Notes: generated by a model not told the origin, from the sequence alone. Shown: positions 11,691 through 25,038, counted from the first letter of the stretch. The stretch is DNA of 64,000 nt from Octopus bimaculoides (GCF_001194135.2 NC_069000.1:47706463-47770462), one strand, 5' to 3'. Translations and numbers: made by a program.

Positions 11691-12342
11691 CATATATATA
11701 TATATATATACATACATACATACACGTATACATACATATGTGTGTGTGTGTGTGTATCCTTGTCTTGACATCACATAATGGTTGTAAATGAGTCTCACCG
11801 TTTTACAAATAGTGTTGTTTATTTCCAGAGTTCTGTGAAAACTTTTCTAAGCAGGGGGCAATATTACACTGCTTGAAAACAGGTGAAGATTGGCAACAGG
11901 AAGGGTATCCAGCCGTAGAAAATCTGCCTCAATAAATTCTGTTTGATCTATGCAACCATGGAAAAGTTAAATGATGATGTTGTATATCTTAGTTGTCCTA
12001 AAACTTTTCAGAACTCAGAAAATGAACAGGTATTCATATATTCAGTAATTTCTGTTTTAATATAATTCTTGCACATCCCTAGGACTGATTTCCATAGTTT
12101 ATAAAAAATCAAGGCCACAACATATAGTGTTCCCCACTATATATGATGGTGACTATGTATAATTGTCAACATATGTGGCCACTACATATAACTATCAGCA
12201 ATTCTTTTGGAAGGCAGATTTGACATGATTTGACTGATTTAAGCATAAGCTCCTTAAATCAGAGAAAAACATGGAAATCACCGTGTTTCTGAGTCAACCC
12301 CGATTTGGTTTTACTAAATGAGAGCTGCTGAGGAGAGCTTAC

Positions 12343-12467
12343 CCTTTTCACACTGGTTATAATTAATGTACTAGTTTTAGTGGGTGTGCGTGGTCTTTTG
12401 GATCGCTCCAGTAGTTCTCGGATGGCCGTCTCAGCTACTGACTCAACATTGTTAATAACTATCATTT
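12343..12467 (-). CDS. C2CD2L: Visible exon 11 (family-conserved motif): EMIVINNVESVAETAIRELLERSKRPRTPTKTSTLIITSVKR
   Basis: Acceptor aatttctttcag, donor AGG|gtaagc, 125 nt, phase 1-0. Confidence 0.92.
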
Positions 12468-14394
12468 CTGAAAGAAATTGAAATCTGTTAAGCACATTCA
12501 GAAACAATTCATGCTGTTGTTAATTGCAGGGAGAAAATTAGCAACAGTAAGATCCAATTCAAAATCAAAATCAAATGAATGCATACACACACACACACAC
12601 ACACATATGTGCGTGTGTGTGTGTATGTGTGTGTCTGTGTGTGCGTATGCAGACACAAACACACACATACATATCTAAAACATTTCAATAACTAGCATTT
12701 CAAAGCGTGTTTTCCATTCATTAACATGAAACGATGTGTTTTCTAACAAGAAACATCTACTTTATCTCATCTATAACTGATATCTTTTTACAGAGATAAC
12801 AGTGATGCAGGTAAATCTCTAAGTTCAGGTATTTAACAGTTCAGAAATAAGAAACAATTTTTCAATTTTGAAAACTCCCTCCCATTAAGGCAATAAGTCT
12901 CCTTTTTCTTTTCTTTTTTTTTTATAATTTCAAGATAGTAACCCCCTGACCTGCTTCTTTCTGATCCTTATTTCTAAAGTGATTTTAGGATCATAAATAC
13001 ATAAATCCTGAATAAACCTGGTAATAAAACATATTTAATCTAATTTTCAATGAATATCAGGTTTCAAAGGAAGGAAGACAATGGGAAGGCTGTGAGTGGA
13101 TCAAACTGTTTTCAAATGAGTATTGATGTATGATGGATTAGAAAATTTCATTTTATAGCATTTTTGTTTAAGGTCAGACTAAACAAGAGAATGAGGGGTC
13201 TTAACGGAGACCACAATCACTACAAACTGACCCCATATAAAAAAAAAAAAGGGAGTCCTTATACAAGTTGCTGTTACTGCCTCCCTGTTTTAAATCCTAG
13301 ACTATTCCAGACAGTGATACTAAATCTATGCTGATTGAGCAAGTTCAATAATTTCCATCCGAAATGGTGCCATTCTGATGTATTTCGGTTCATAAAGAAA
13401 TGGCTCATGTTACACACTCCCTCAGTAAAAATTCTGTTGATATTTGGAAGAACACACTTTCAAATTTTGGGGGGTTAGTCAAAGAGTTGTATTCTACAGT
13501 GGACATTCCTCAAAGTTCCATTTCTCAACCTTTGTACTTACAACAATTTGGCTGCCTGTTGGTGTAATCTCCCAGAAACCAGGCAGAGCCCCTGAAGTAA
13601 AAGAGGAACAGCCTGCAATAACCATTAAACATACAAACCCAGACGGAATAAATACAACATGGACATTGTAGGAAAGACACAGTGGGGGAGAGGAAAGAGA
13701 GACAAGAGAAAAGCAGCAATCAAGGTCCATTACATAAATATCATTCAAAATATAACTGTATATAGACATATGCACACACGTATATACACGTGTGTGCATA
13801 TATGATACAAAGAGACAAGATATGTGTGCATGTCTACTCACACAAATATAAATACATCTATTTATAGGGGTTTATATATGTGTGTGTGTGTGTGTGTACA
13901 TATGTATAATTAAAAAAATAAATATGTGTGTGTATGTGTGGGCCTATGCATAAATGTATATTATATGTGTATATGTGCGTATGTTTGTATGTAGACATTT
14001 ATATCATCACCATCATCATCATTATCATCATATTTTCCTCATAATGTTTCCTATCATCATCATCATTTTTACATCTTCTTTCCATTCAGGCATAGATTAA
14101 ATTCCTCATTACAGACCAAATCAGGCTCCCATCCACAATTATTGTTCTTCCTTCTAGATTAATCATGTGTTACATTTTCCCATCGTTTCTATGGCTGAAT
14201 ACCTTTCCTAACACAGGCCACTTCACACAGTTCTTGATAAAACTAAAAGGTTCTCTTCACCTCATATTGTCCCTCTTTGTTTTCCAATCACTTCATAGAG
14301 GTTAGATCTTATCATGGCACAGGTGAGGCTATCCCTTGTTCCCTATAAGACCATATACTCCTCTCCACTCTGTCATGTGTTCATTCACTCAAAG

Positions 14395-14575
14395 GAACTG
14401 TCAATGGATGTGTGGCACAAAACTGGTTATAACATTTGATGGAAGGTGACAACAGCCTCAAAGACAAACCAAAGTCATGGAGGTATTCTGTTGTGGAAGA
14501 TGAGGCCTTACTTGAAATAGTATGAACACTCAAACATTGTTGGCAGAACCTTGGTCCTCTGCCAATGGCTCATGG
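14395..14575 (+). mobile_element. Mariner transposase N-terminal (HTH) remnant
   Basis: GTVNGCVAQNW..HLMEGDNSLKDKPKSWRYSVVEDEALLEIV, like mariner W..RF.EGD.SLED.PRSGRP. Confidence 0.65.
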
Positions 14576-15875
14576 TCAACTGCTTGCCCTGACAGTTCTT
14601 TATTTTATTGCAATGGGTCAGTCCACTTTTAGTCACCTGGGGGTGGTTGGAATCCTTCCACAATGCAAATAGTCAGTGGGCTTATTAAAAAATATTTGAT
14701 AAAGACAGGAAGCAGTATTAATATTAAAAAGTAGTCTTAATCTGCTACTTGACATACAGGTTAGGGCTAGATCCTCACCCTACCCACAGCCCACACCTTG
14801 CACCATCAGATGACCACCTTTTCTGAGTCATGGCTCATTTCCTGTATGGATGATGATTCAACAATGTGGATGAAGTTGAAAGCAGGTGCAGCGGATTAAC
14901 CAGCAAAATGGTATAAGCATGGAATTGAGCTTCAGGTACAACAATGACATCAGACAGTAGAATATGAACAAATGCTTTTCGTATGTAATTTGTTTCAGAG
15001 ATTGTCTTTCCCTCTGATATGAAGTTCATCACAATTACCACAAAGGCATTATTTTACTCTTTTCTTAAAAGGAAAATATTTTCAATAAAACAAGACCCTA
15101 CTTTGTACGGTATTTGATATATCTTTAATGTCTCTATTGCTGATTTCTCATGCTGCAGAGTTATTCTGAATTATTTCTTTGAGTTCATTTTCATTTATTT
15201 TATCTAAATTAGCAAAGATCATATACATTTTTTGAATCTTTTTGCATTTTCTATATGTCTAAGTATCTCATCTGTTGGAGTCCAAGTACAACTGCAGTGC
15301 TGGTGATGTCCACTGAGCCAGAGATATGTCGCCAGTTGTCCTCTTATCTCTGGACAGTCCATGGCATGTGAATCTCCTGTCACTTCTCATTTGCAGTTAG
15401 TTGCAACTGGCACCAGGCATTTTTTATAACTTCTCTTAAAGCAAAGATAGAATCTGACAAAATTATAATGATATTAAGCATTATCATCATTTTGTGCATG
15501 TTTTTCTATGCTTATGTGGACAGGTCTTCTCTAGCAGAGTGTCCTGCAGCTGTCAGTGTGGTCCTTAATCAATCCTTTGTGAATTTCAACACTCATAAAT
15601 TAATTCACATACCAATTAGTTGTACATTTGTAACATTTTCTCTTTTTCTCATAACTTGGTCCCTCAATATATTCTGCCTAAAATACCTCCTTGGACTTTC
15701 GAACAATTCACGATGACACTGCTACACTAATCATTGAATATGACACCTGCTTGTATGGCAGTGAGCCCTATTCTGCCAGGTATTTTCACCATCGCACTGA
15801 CTATGAGGATAACAACAACAACAACAACAACAACAATCAAAATCACAAGACAACAAAAACAAAAACACTTATTAC

Positions 15876-15992
15876 CTGAAGACTCTTGCTTATCTGTCCG
15901 TCCTGCAAATGACGGAGAGGACTGGTTGGTACTTGGAGAGTTTTTACTACTTTCAGAATAAGGACTAAGTTTTTCTACGACACACGGCACAC
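15876..15992 (-). CDS. C2CD2L: Visible exon 10 (Ser-rich linker): VPCVVEKLSPYSESSKNSPSTNQSSPSFAGRTDKQESS
   Basis: Acceptor ccaatattttag, donor CAG|gtaata, 117 nt, symmetric phase 1-1 (skippable); acceptor choice less certain. Confidence 0.7.
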
Positions 15993-16791
15993 CTAAAATA
16001 TTGGAAACATGCAAAACTAGCTGGGTGCAGGCTGAAGAACAACAACAACTGCTACAGATAAAAATGAATAACAAAATTTCGGTAACTCTAATGCTGAAAT
16101 GAATGAAAAGAACAATTCTTGTTGTTTGGCCATATCACGTAGGAAGCACCAACTCTTAACCAACCATTTTAGTTAAGCAAAGTTAATGAAGTCTAGTTAT
16201 TATTAGTATTTAAATGGGTGGCTACAAGGAAAACCAAGCTACTGTAGGCAAAAGTTTTAGTTTAACAGCAGGGATGGCTGTGTGGTAGGAGGTTTACTTC
16301 ATAAATATGGGATTTGGGGTTTAATTTCTTTTTGTGGCACCTTGGGTAAGTGTCTTCTATCAGGACCTTAAGGCAACGAAAGCCTTGCAAGTGAAAGTGT
16401 AGGGAAGAATGGTGTATGTGTGAGTGTATGTGTATTTACACTGATATTACTGGTGCGATGATGATGATGTTACATTGACATCATTCAAAAGATAAATCCT
16501 TCCCCTCAGTAGAATTGAGCAAAAATATTCTACTGAGCACTACAGTGGCATCATTACTCAGAAAACTGCCTCAGTAAGTGTGATCCAACACCAAGCACCA
16601 ACAATGAAGCTGATGCAAATTTGGTGAAATAACAAACAATAATAACACCACCAAATGTGATATTGATAAACATTTTTTGCAATTTGATGGTTTTTAAACT
16701 TATTTTGGATTCGAAATTGAAATTATATAAAACAGGGATTTCTCAGTAGAGGATCCAAACTTGGTCTACCTCTGTTGGGGATAAATACAAA

Positions 16792-16866
<75 letters not shown>

Positions 16867-18000
16867 CTAACATAGTCCCGTGACATGACCTAATACAGTC
16901 CAGTCACCTGGATTAATGCAGTTTGTGATCCAGAAACACCCTAAAACACATGTTCTCATAAATGTATTTACATTCTGTGTATTGGTCATGTGACTTGCTT
17001 CATCATTCACAACTGTCTTTTTCACTCAAAAGACACCATTAAATTACTGTGACCCTTTCAACAAGATCTTATTTAATGACACAACAAGGGATGCAAATGC
17101 TGCACTCCTGATTGTATAGGTTCCACAAGACAGAAGGGGGGGGGGCGAGAGAAAGGACCCATGGCATAAGATCCTTGGCCAGATCCTGTACAAGGGACTG
17201 AACTTGGAACATACTTGCATCCATGCTGTGATGTCTTACTTAAACAACACAACCTTTATTCTATAATTGTTATGTTTCTGTTAATATATATTAGAGGTGA
17301 ATGAATGAAAAGGAGGGGGTCATGCATGAAGGAAAGGGACAGGAGCTTGTGTGTGTGTGTGTGTGTGTGTTTGGATTAAGAAAGATATGATCAATCCTAG
17401 AGAAATATAAACATACATACATTTATATACACACTCGTACAGGCATTTCTATATAAACACATATATACATAAGCATGCACACATAGACTGACAGTTATAA
17501 GATGATAGACATAAAGGCTACACACTCGATCTTATTTTGTAGGGTTCATGGGGGGAGTAGTGGAAACGGGAGCAACCCACAGCCACATACACATACATGC
17601 AACCATATACATAGCCACACAGTTAAATGCAGAGTCATACACATTGTTATATACAGAGCCGTATACACACACATATACCCAACCACACATACAATAAGAA
17701 TATTTTATGAGAAACATACAGTGTTACATATGTAACATGGCTGTGTTACATGTGACAGTGATATAGTTTAAAGTGGTGTTACTTGCTTACAGTGGTCTGA
17801 TGTAACATGTAATAGTTGTAAAGTCTAACAAAGTTGTGTCGCATGTGACAGCGGTACAGTGTAACACTCATACAGAGGCATGGGAAGCAAGAGGGGTGGG
17901 GGAGATAGCAGCCAGGTTCAATTTAGGTTTTCCTACACTTAAGTGTTAAGGGAGGGATATAGGATTACATAAACGGGTGGAAGTAAGAGGATGGGAAGAG

Positions 18001-18039
<39 letters not shown>

Positions 18040-18732
18040 AATAAGGTAGGGAGGAGGTGATGTTTGATTTGTTGATTGGAAATTTATAAATTTGATAGTG
18101 AAATCAAGGATTCCTTGAAGGTTTTTTTCACTGCCCCTGTACCCACTTTGAGTTAAACATGAAGGGGTTTCTAGTTCACTAACAATTTGAACAGCAATCA
18201 AGATTGACCACAGGGAAACTTCTAAACATTTGACTCCTGTCTGAGCCAACAGGGAGAGCCTTTAAATAATCACTCCACCAAGAAACAGCAGACAAATTGC
18301 CTTCCATCATAAAAGAAAGGAAAGACACATTGAAGAATATAATCATGAATATAGCTGATAGACTGATCATGACCGGACTATATTTGATCAGGACTGACCT
18401 GGGGTTAAACAAGACTGTTTATGCCTGATGAACACCAGCATATTACAAGTACAACCTTTGCTGACCCTGGGGGAATGAAATGTAGTGAAATAAAATTGAT
18501 GAGATTTGAAATTAGAAGCTAAAAGCATGTAACTAAAACTTCAATGTTTGGAGTTTGATATTCTCCAGTGTTGGCCATGTTCAGCACCAAGTCTTCTGAT
18601 ATATGGAGTTAGGGATGGAACATGGTCAACAGGGATTCCTGTGGTTGAGATTATTGACCATAGAAGGACTTCAGCCGGATCTGGACTCAGAATGTTAAGG
18701 AACTTAATCACTAGAAGGAATTTAGTCAACTG

Positions 18733-18878
18733 ATTCTACCAGTGGGCCTCACTAAAAATAATTCTACCAGTGGGCCTCACTAAAAATAATTCTACCAGTG
18801 GGCCTCACTAAAAATAATTCTACCAGTGAGCCTCACTAAAAATAATTCTACCAGTGGGCCTCACTAAAAATAATTCTA
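18733..18878. repeat. 28-bp minisatellite (attctaccagtgggcctcactaaaaata), 5 copies plus a partial
   Basis: Unit starts at 18733, 18761, 18789, 18817, 18845; internal imperfect palindrome agtg-ggcct-cact. Confidence 0.95.
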
Positions 18879-19455
18879 ATGAGTCCATTGTTAATTATGA
18901 GTTGTCAACAGTTAGTAAATCATTAATTGGTATAGATCAACAATAATAGTTAATGAGTTAATTAAGGTATCAAAAATAATTAGATTGTTAATTGTAAAGT
19001 ATTAACAATGAATAAGTAAATTATTATTAGCAATCAAAATATAGAAATAAACTTAATGGAAAGGAAAAATAAAAATATTCCATTGTTTTCTCCAAAAAGT
19101 ATCAATGGAATATCAATAAAAATGGTTGGAATAATCTAAGCAAGAGTGCTGGGAATACCTTCTGCTGCTCTGTTTACCATAAAACGGATATTTCAATGAA
19201 GAAATATTGTCATAACATATTCAAGCATTTACAGTTTTCTGAGACAAAGGACAAATTGTCGATTAGAGGTGAGCCAATAAATTGTTACTTTGGCTAAAAT
19301 TGGCTATAAATTCACAGATGGGAAAAAATTCCTGACAAACTCTCAGACTCAATTGATGGAGTGGAATTTTACTCACACCATGCTGACTACTAACAGTTAA
19401 AACATTTGAACAAAGAACAAGATGGTTTGATTTTGTTTGGAAACATCACACTTAC

Positions 19456-19654
19456 TCTGATTGCCGGGAAGAAGAGTGCCGTACTGTGGCCGCTGGGTGG
19501 TGGTGGTAGTTGTAGTAACTACCGTCCCACCAGGTGTTATGGTGCGTGACACTTCAACTCGGCGGCGTGGAGAGGTCTGGTTGTTTCTGAGATTCTTTGG
19601 TCCTAGAGCAGAGTCCATGTATTGTTCTACTTCATAGGATTCCATGAGAAGGAA
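19456..19654 (-). CDS. C2CD2L: Visible exon 9: FLLMESYEVEQ...RRVEVSRTITPGGTVVTTTTTTTQRPQYGTLLPGNQ
   Basis: Acceptor ttattaatttcag, donor AGA|gtaagt, 199 nt, phase 0-1; the P.GTVVTT segment recalls C2CD2. Confidence 0.9.
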
Positions 19655-20318
19655 CTGAAAATTAATAAATAAAATGAAACCTGAACAAACTCAAATTGCC
19701 ATCTTCAGTTTTAGTTGAAACTATATTTAAATTAGCCACCACGTTCAGTGTCACATTAGACCCCATGATGCATCACTTCAATGTATTTCTGCAGCATATT
19801 ACAAGGAAACAAGACTAATAAATTCCTCCCTGCCCTAGCCAAAGGATTGGTTGAGCCTCATACAGCAGTCCAAGAGACATATTAACTTTCCACTGTTCCT
19901 GTAGCTTGTCATAGTGTTTCATCTTGTAGTACTTGTGATGTGGTAGCTGTATACAGTTCGATGGACTGAGCTGCAATGTGGTATCTGTTTACAGTTAGGT
20001 GCAGTGAGATGTCATTGTCGTCCCAACCAACTTTCATATCTTTCTACTCCTGTTATTGTCATAATGACTGAGCCCTATATTTCGATACTCCTCTTATTGT
20101 CACAATAACCAAAGACAATTATGAAGTGTGTATCACTTGATTATGTCCTAAATAAAGCTTACCATTAAACTGAAAATATTCATGAGGGCCCAACATAATC
20201 CCTTATCATTCATCTTAATAACCTATCATAAGACCCCTTCCTGAGGCAGGTTATTGTTGGAACTTCCCATCTTATACAGTTACTAATGTCATTAGAATAA
20301 AGATGTTACTATACTGAC

Positions 20319-20446
20319 CTCTACTGTTAAAGAGCCGGCTTGGTATTCCATACTGCCAGAAGGACTCTGTAAGGGAATAATCTGTCGACTGCTTGGAGTT
20401 TTCCGGACGTCTTCAATGTAGATTGTTGCATCTCCAAGGAATTCAT
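20319..20446 (-). CDS. C2CD2L: Visible exon 8 (C2): DEFLGDATIYIEDVRKTPSSRQIIPLQSPSGSMEYQAGSLTVE
   Basis: Acceptor ctgtttaattgaag, donor GAG|gtcagt, 128 nt, phase 1-0. Confidence 0.92.
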
Positions 20447-21327
20447 CTTCAATTAAACAGAAACAATTTGTTGAGCAAAATTAATGCAAGAAAGTGAAAC
20501 TAGAAATGATTATCTCAGTCATTAAGACTAAATGACATTAAACAACAAAGAGTAGTTTCTTAAGGATCTTCTCAAAAATTTCATTCAACAGAAACTGTTG
20601 CCACAAACTGTTATTACTTCAAAAAATTGCTTTTTCTCCTTAGACATGATATTAGATGTGCTACTAATTATAGAATTTGTCTCCAATTGATCCATCTCTG
20701 TGTCTTCAAATGCTAATAATACCTAGAATAGTTGCTTCTGACAAGAACACAGAACTCTTGGAGTTTAGAGTCTCATATTTAAAACTGTAAGTGGTATTAA
20801 TAAGATTGGTTTGAAATTTCTAGCTGCAATCTTTGGTTTAAAGATGTCTGGCAGATCCCGGTACTTCATGAAAGGAGCAAAAGGCAAAATGTCACCCTTC
20901 CAGTGAAGGTGGATTTTTAAAGGACTCACACGAAATATCATAAAACGTTTTGTGGGAACTCATCTTGAAAATGGTTTTATAATATGAGATGGTCACACTA
21001 GGATTTATAAATAAAAATGTTTCATCATTTAGTCCATAATTCAACTAAAATAGTCATAACTGTAAAGCATATCAGACAAAATATTCAACAACAACAGCAA
21101 CAACAACACCACTGTCACTTGTACTGTTGCTGCCATCACCATCTTGAAGGTGTTGTCATTGTTAATATGATCCTCGTCGTTGTCGTCGCCACCGCCGGCG
21201 CCACCACCACCACCATGACAAATTAGAGTGTCTAAGTCTACCATGATTACTCAGCTAGTAAGTATTTCTCTCTAAACAGATGGTAGTGGTGGTATAAGGT
21301 TTGCTATTGAATGTAAACTGAACTTAC

Positions 21328-21392
21328 CAGCTGGGGACTTTCCCTTGTCATACAACTCGAAACGAAGTAGGGTCGATGCTGGAGAAACATCC
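21328..21392 (-). CDS. C2CD2L: Visible exon 7 (C2): DVSPASTLLRFELYDKGKSPA
   Basis: Acceptor ttttcttctcag, donor CTG|gtaagt, 65 nt, phase 2-1. Confidence 0.9.
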
Positions 21393-21934
21393 CTGAGAAG
21401 AAAAAAAAACAAAAACAACAATATAGAGAACAATTTATTCAGCATACATACATATGCCCAGAGACACATACACACCAATAAACACATATACATATATATA
21501 TGCACACACACATAAAGACCAATCAAGTAAACCTATCAGTAATGTACCTCCAATGACTACTGTTGGCCAAATAAAGTAATATGGACAGCAGTTTGCAATC
21601 TTTCACCAAAAATGAGAATTACAAATGTCACCAAACTTTAACTAGAGGGTTAGGAAACACATTGCTGGAAATAAGAGCGAAACCACTCTAATGCTGGAGT
21701 TAACGAACACGAATGAAAACATATTCACTAACAGGGACCATAATTGTCCGAAAAGTGCCAATCAAGAATTCTTAATACTGATGTGTCAGTTTCAGCAATT
21801 TCTGTTGCTTCATCAGTCAAGACAGCTCGACTCTTTGGCTCTTTCCAGACTCACTTTGCCATTAGTATTTATGTTTTCATCCTCCAAATAATTCAATGAT
21901 TTAGCAGTTTGCTGATGTGTTAATTTTATATATA

Positions 21935-22623
21935 CACATTAGTGAATTGGAAGTTTCCGAAACTGATGTGTCAATATTAAGAAGAGTGAGACATATAGGA
22001 AGACATGGGATGAAGTAATGAGGACTGATCCCAGGATGCTGGGCATCACAGATGTCAATGGATCAAGATGTCTGGTGATATGAGCTTCTTGAAAAGGCCC
22101 ACTCACTTCAGCAAAACTCAATTCTAGAGGTGTTGCGTGTTCCATCCACATATACCAAACCAAACCACATCTTCTTTTCCTCACATTTCCTCTTTCCATG
22201 GGCCTGTCTCTTGTTCCCCAATCCTGTCTTAACTGCCCTGTTTACTGTATTATTTCTATCATGTAGTCCCCCTACCTCTCTGTATACCCAAGTTTCACCA
22301 GTCACTGCATTCTCCACCCCTACACTCTTTGTACTCCCTACTCACATGCGTTTGCTGATACCCAGCCATTTATATTCTGACTCCTGTACCTTGACGGTAT
22401 GCCCAGGCACTTTGCCACCATCTCCTGCTCTCTTCCCTTACTCTACCATCCCATTTATATTCTGATCCCTATTCCTTGTGAGTACACTCTGGCACTTTCC
22501 ACCACCTCCTACTCTCTCTCTTGCACTCTTCCACTCCCTCCTTCCTTTGCTCTTCCCTCCAGATGGGTAACCATGTTATCTCCTCTACAGCAACACACCT
22601 GTTTCTGTCCTCCTCATTCTTGA

Positions 22624-22685
<62 letters not shown>

Positions 22686-23015
22686 CAGGTAACCGTGTAC
22701 CTCCCCTACAGCAAGATACCTGTTTCTGTCTCTCTCTGTCACACTCTAACCTTTCTTCATCTGACACAAAACCACCTCCTCCAATGCTCCCTCCGCCCCT
22801 CCCCTCTCAAAGGATCTTTGTTTTGCAAGCTACTTGGTGACTCTGTCAGTGCTGGTGCCACATAAAAAGCTTCCAGTCTACACTGTAAAGTGGTTGGTAT
22901 TAGGAAGGGCACCCAGTCATAAAAAACACACCAAAACAGACACTGAAGCCTGGTGCAGACTTCTGCCTGGCCAGCTCCTGTCAAACCGTCCAACCCATGC
23001 CAGCATGGTAAAACA
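21935..23015 (-). mobile_element. RTE 3'-end sequence plus composite purine-rich repeat (inverted relative to 6500-7630)
   Basis: Minus strand encodes GNVRKRRCGLVWY-like and RTE C-terminal remnants; homology to the 6.5-7.6 kb element. Confidence 0.65.
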
Positions 23016-23693
23016 GATATTAAATGATGATGATGATGATGATGATGATGAAATATACGATGCTAAGCATTATGAAGAAGATGACAAAGGACAAGAAATC
23101 TGGTGCCTAGCTGTACTCAGAAAGACTCATTCACCCACAACACCTTGATTAATGCTTACCTGTGAGGGGCTCAGCCTCACCCCCACCAGCATCCTCTCTG
23201 CCCTGAAAACCATCTCCCTAACACCTGAAACCTCTCTATCACCTGAGAGCAAAATAGGTGCATACGACATCCCTCTGCCTTCTTACTTACCTCCTTCCCA
23301 AACCTGAATCCCTTTCATTTCCCTCACATACTGTCTCCACTAATCACCACTTTTTTGTGCAGTCTCTCACCCCTGTGTTGTTCTCCATCACTTAACACAC
23401 CTCTCTTATTTGTTATCATCCTCAATACCCTCCCATATATACCACAACTCCTCTTCCTGAGTCTATATTTCACTCCATCATTTGCCTCAGTCACCCCTAC
23501 CCTGCCTACCCACTCAGTCCAAACTTCTGCATCACCCCACTTATTCTCACCACTCCCACTGTCCCCTGAGGGTATAATATATATATATATATATATCCTT
23601 GATTATAAATGTTGGTATTAGTTTGGACTAACATCAGTGGAGCAATCATGAACCAATGCGATGCTACATTAAAAAACATTGAAAAGAACTCAC

Positions 23694-23802
23694 AAGAGGA
23701 AATGTTCATCCCAAAATGGGCTGACAGTATTTCTGACGACTGTGGTCTCATATTTTTGGTAGGGGCTATCCATTATAATCACACAGAATGGGTCACCTGT
23801 TC
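23694..23802 (-). CDS. C2CD2L: Visible exon 6 (C2): GTGDPFCVIIMDSPYQKYETTVVRNTVSPFWDEHFL
   Basis: Acceptor ttttttatttcag, donor TT|gtgagt, 109 nt, phase 1-2; typical C2 DP.C and P.W.E.F motifs. Confidence 0.92.
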
Positions 23803-23859
23803 CTGAAATAAAAAAAAAACACATTCATCATGAGCAAATTATAATCCTTTCTACTATAG

Positions 23860-24370
23860 TTAACAAGTCTTGAAATTTTGGGAGAACAGGATAATCAATA
23901 ACATCAACCCCATTGCAGAGCTGGTACTTATTTTATCAACCTGGAAAGAACGAATGGCAAAGTCAACCTTGGTGGCATTTGAACTTCGTATGTAATAAGT
24001 TGCAAGAAACGCTGCTAAGCATTTTGTCTGCTGATAATGCTGCTAGTTCACAGCCTTAATAATAATGAAAACGGTTTTAAATATTGGCACAAGGCCAGCA
24101 ATTTTAGGGGTTGGGGTAAGTCAATTACATCAACCCTAAGTGCTCAACTGGTCCTTGTTTTACTGACCTCAAAATTATGAAAGACAAATCCAACCTCACT
24201 ACAACTTAACCCCAGAATGTAATAAGTCAAGAGAAATACTGCTAAGCATTTTGCCAGCTTGCTACCTTAACAACAACAACAACAACAACAATCCTATCTA
24301 TTATAGGCATAAAGTCTGAAATTTGGGTGGGAAAAGGGTACTTATTTCATTGACCTGGAAAGGATGAAAG
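23860..24370 (-). mobile_element. Head-to-tail cluster of about 3 tRNA-derived SINE copies
   Basis: Repeated ggcacaaggccagcaa..ccagt.ctcaactggtactta..aaagtcaacct..atttgaac..gctaagcattt; same family as 41295-41500. Confidence 0.75.
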
Positions 24371-24374
24371 GCAA

Positions 24375-24825
24375 CAGCATCAGAAAGCATCAGATGAACA
24401 AAATGCTTTGTGGCATTTCGTGCAGGATGTCCATGATTCTTCCAGCTTGCTGTCTCCAGACAGGTGGAGCAACGGAAGCTAGAAGGCCTGATTTAGTAGG
24501 AGTAGACCGAGAGAAGAATAGAAAGTGCCAAATGGTGAGAAAGTCAATATGAGAGAAAATAGGCAAGTACCAGGACCAAGCCATTGGATTACAAAGACTA
24601 TGGAAAGTGTGGGTAAAACGTATTCCTGTGATTATAAGTGCATTAGGAATTATCCCCAAGGATTTGAACAGATGGATAGAGGAAATAGGCATAAAACCTA
24701 GTTTAGTGCAACTCCAGAAAACAGTGTTATTAGGGACAAGTAGAATACTTGGCATTTAAGGTTACTTGTAACCCAATGTTAGGAATTTCTCTTTCCCAAC
24801 AGTTTAATCTACTGCACATATGTAA
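24375..24825 (+). mobile_element. R4/Dong-like (RLE-type) LINE 3' end with (TAA)n tail
   Basis: TEARRPDLVGVD...EKIGKYQDQAIGLQRLWKVWVKRIPVIISALGIIPKDL...LQKTVLLGTSRIL; tail at ~24826-24850. Confidence 0.8.
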
Positions 24826-25038
24826 AATAATAATAACAATAATAATAAATCAATACTCAAGGCCCTTGAGATATACAAGATCTCTCCTGTTGGCTCAAAA
24901 TTTTTATAGAATAGCATGGCCAAGTGGAACACCAGATCCACCAGCACCAGCACCAGCACCAGCACCACCACCAGAACCACCACCACCACCACCACACGAC
25001 TACACCCCTCCCACCATATTTTAGACTTATTTACTTAC

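Noticed and set aside
17720-17875. Palindromic tgttacatatgtaaca and related degenerate repeats
   Set aside because: Low-complexity AT/GT-alternating sequence in which such palindromes arise readily.
18733-18878. CRISPR-like 28-bp palindromic repeats
   Set aside because: Units are contiguous with no unique spacers, there are no cas genes, and the context is a eukaryotic intron.
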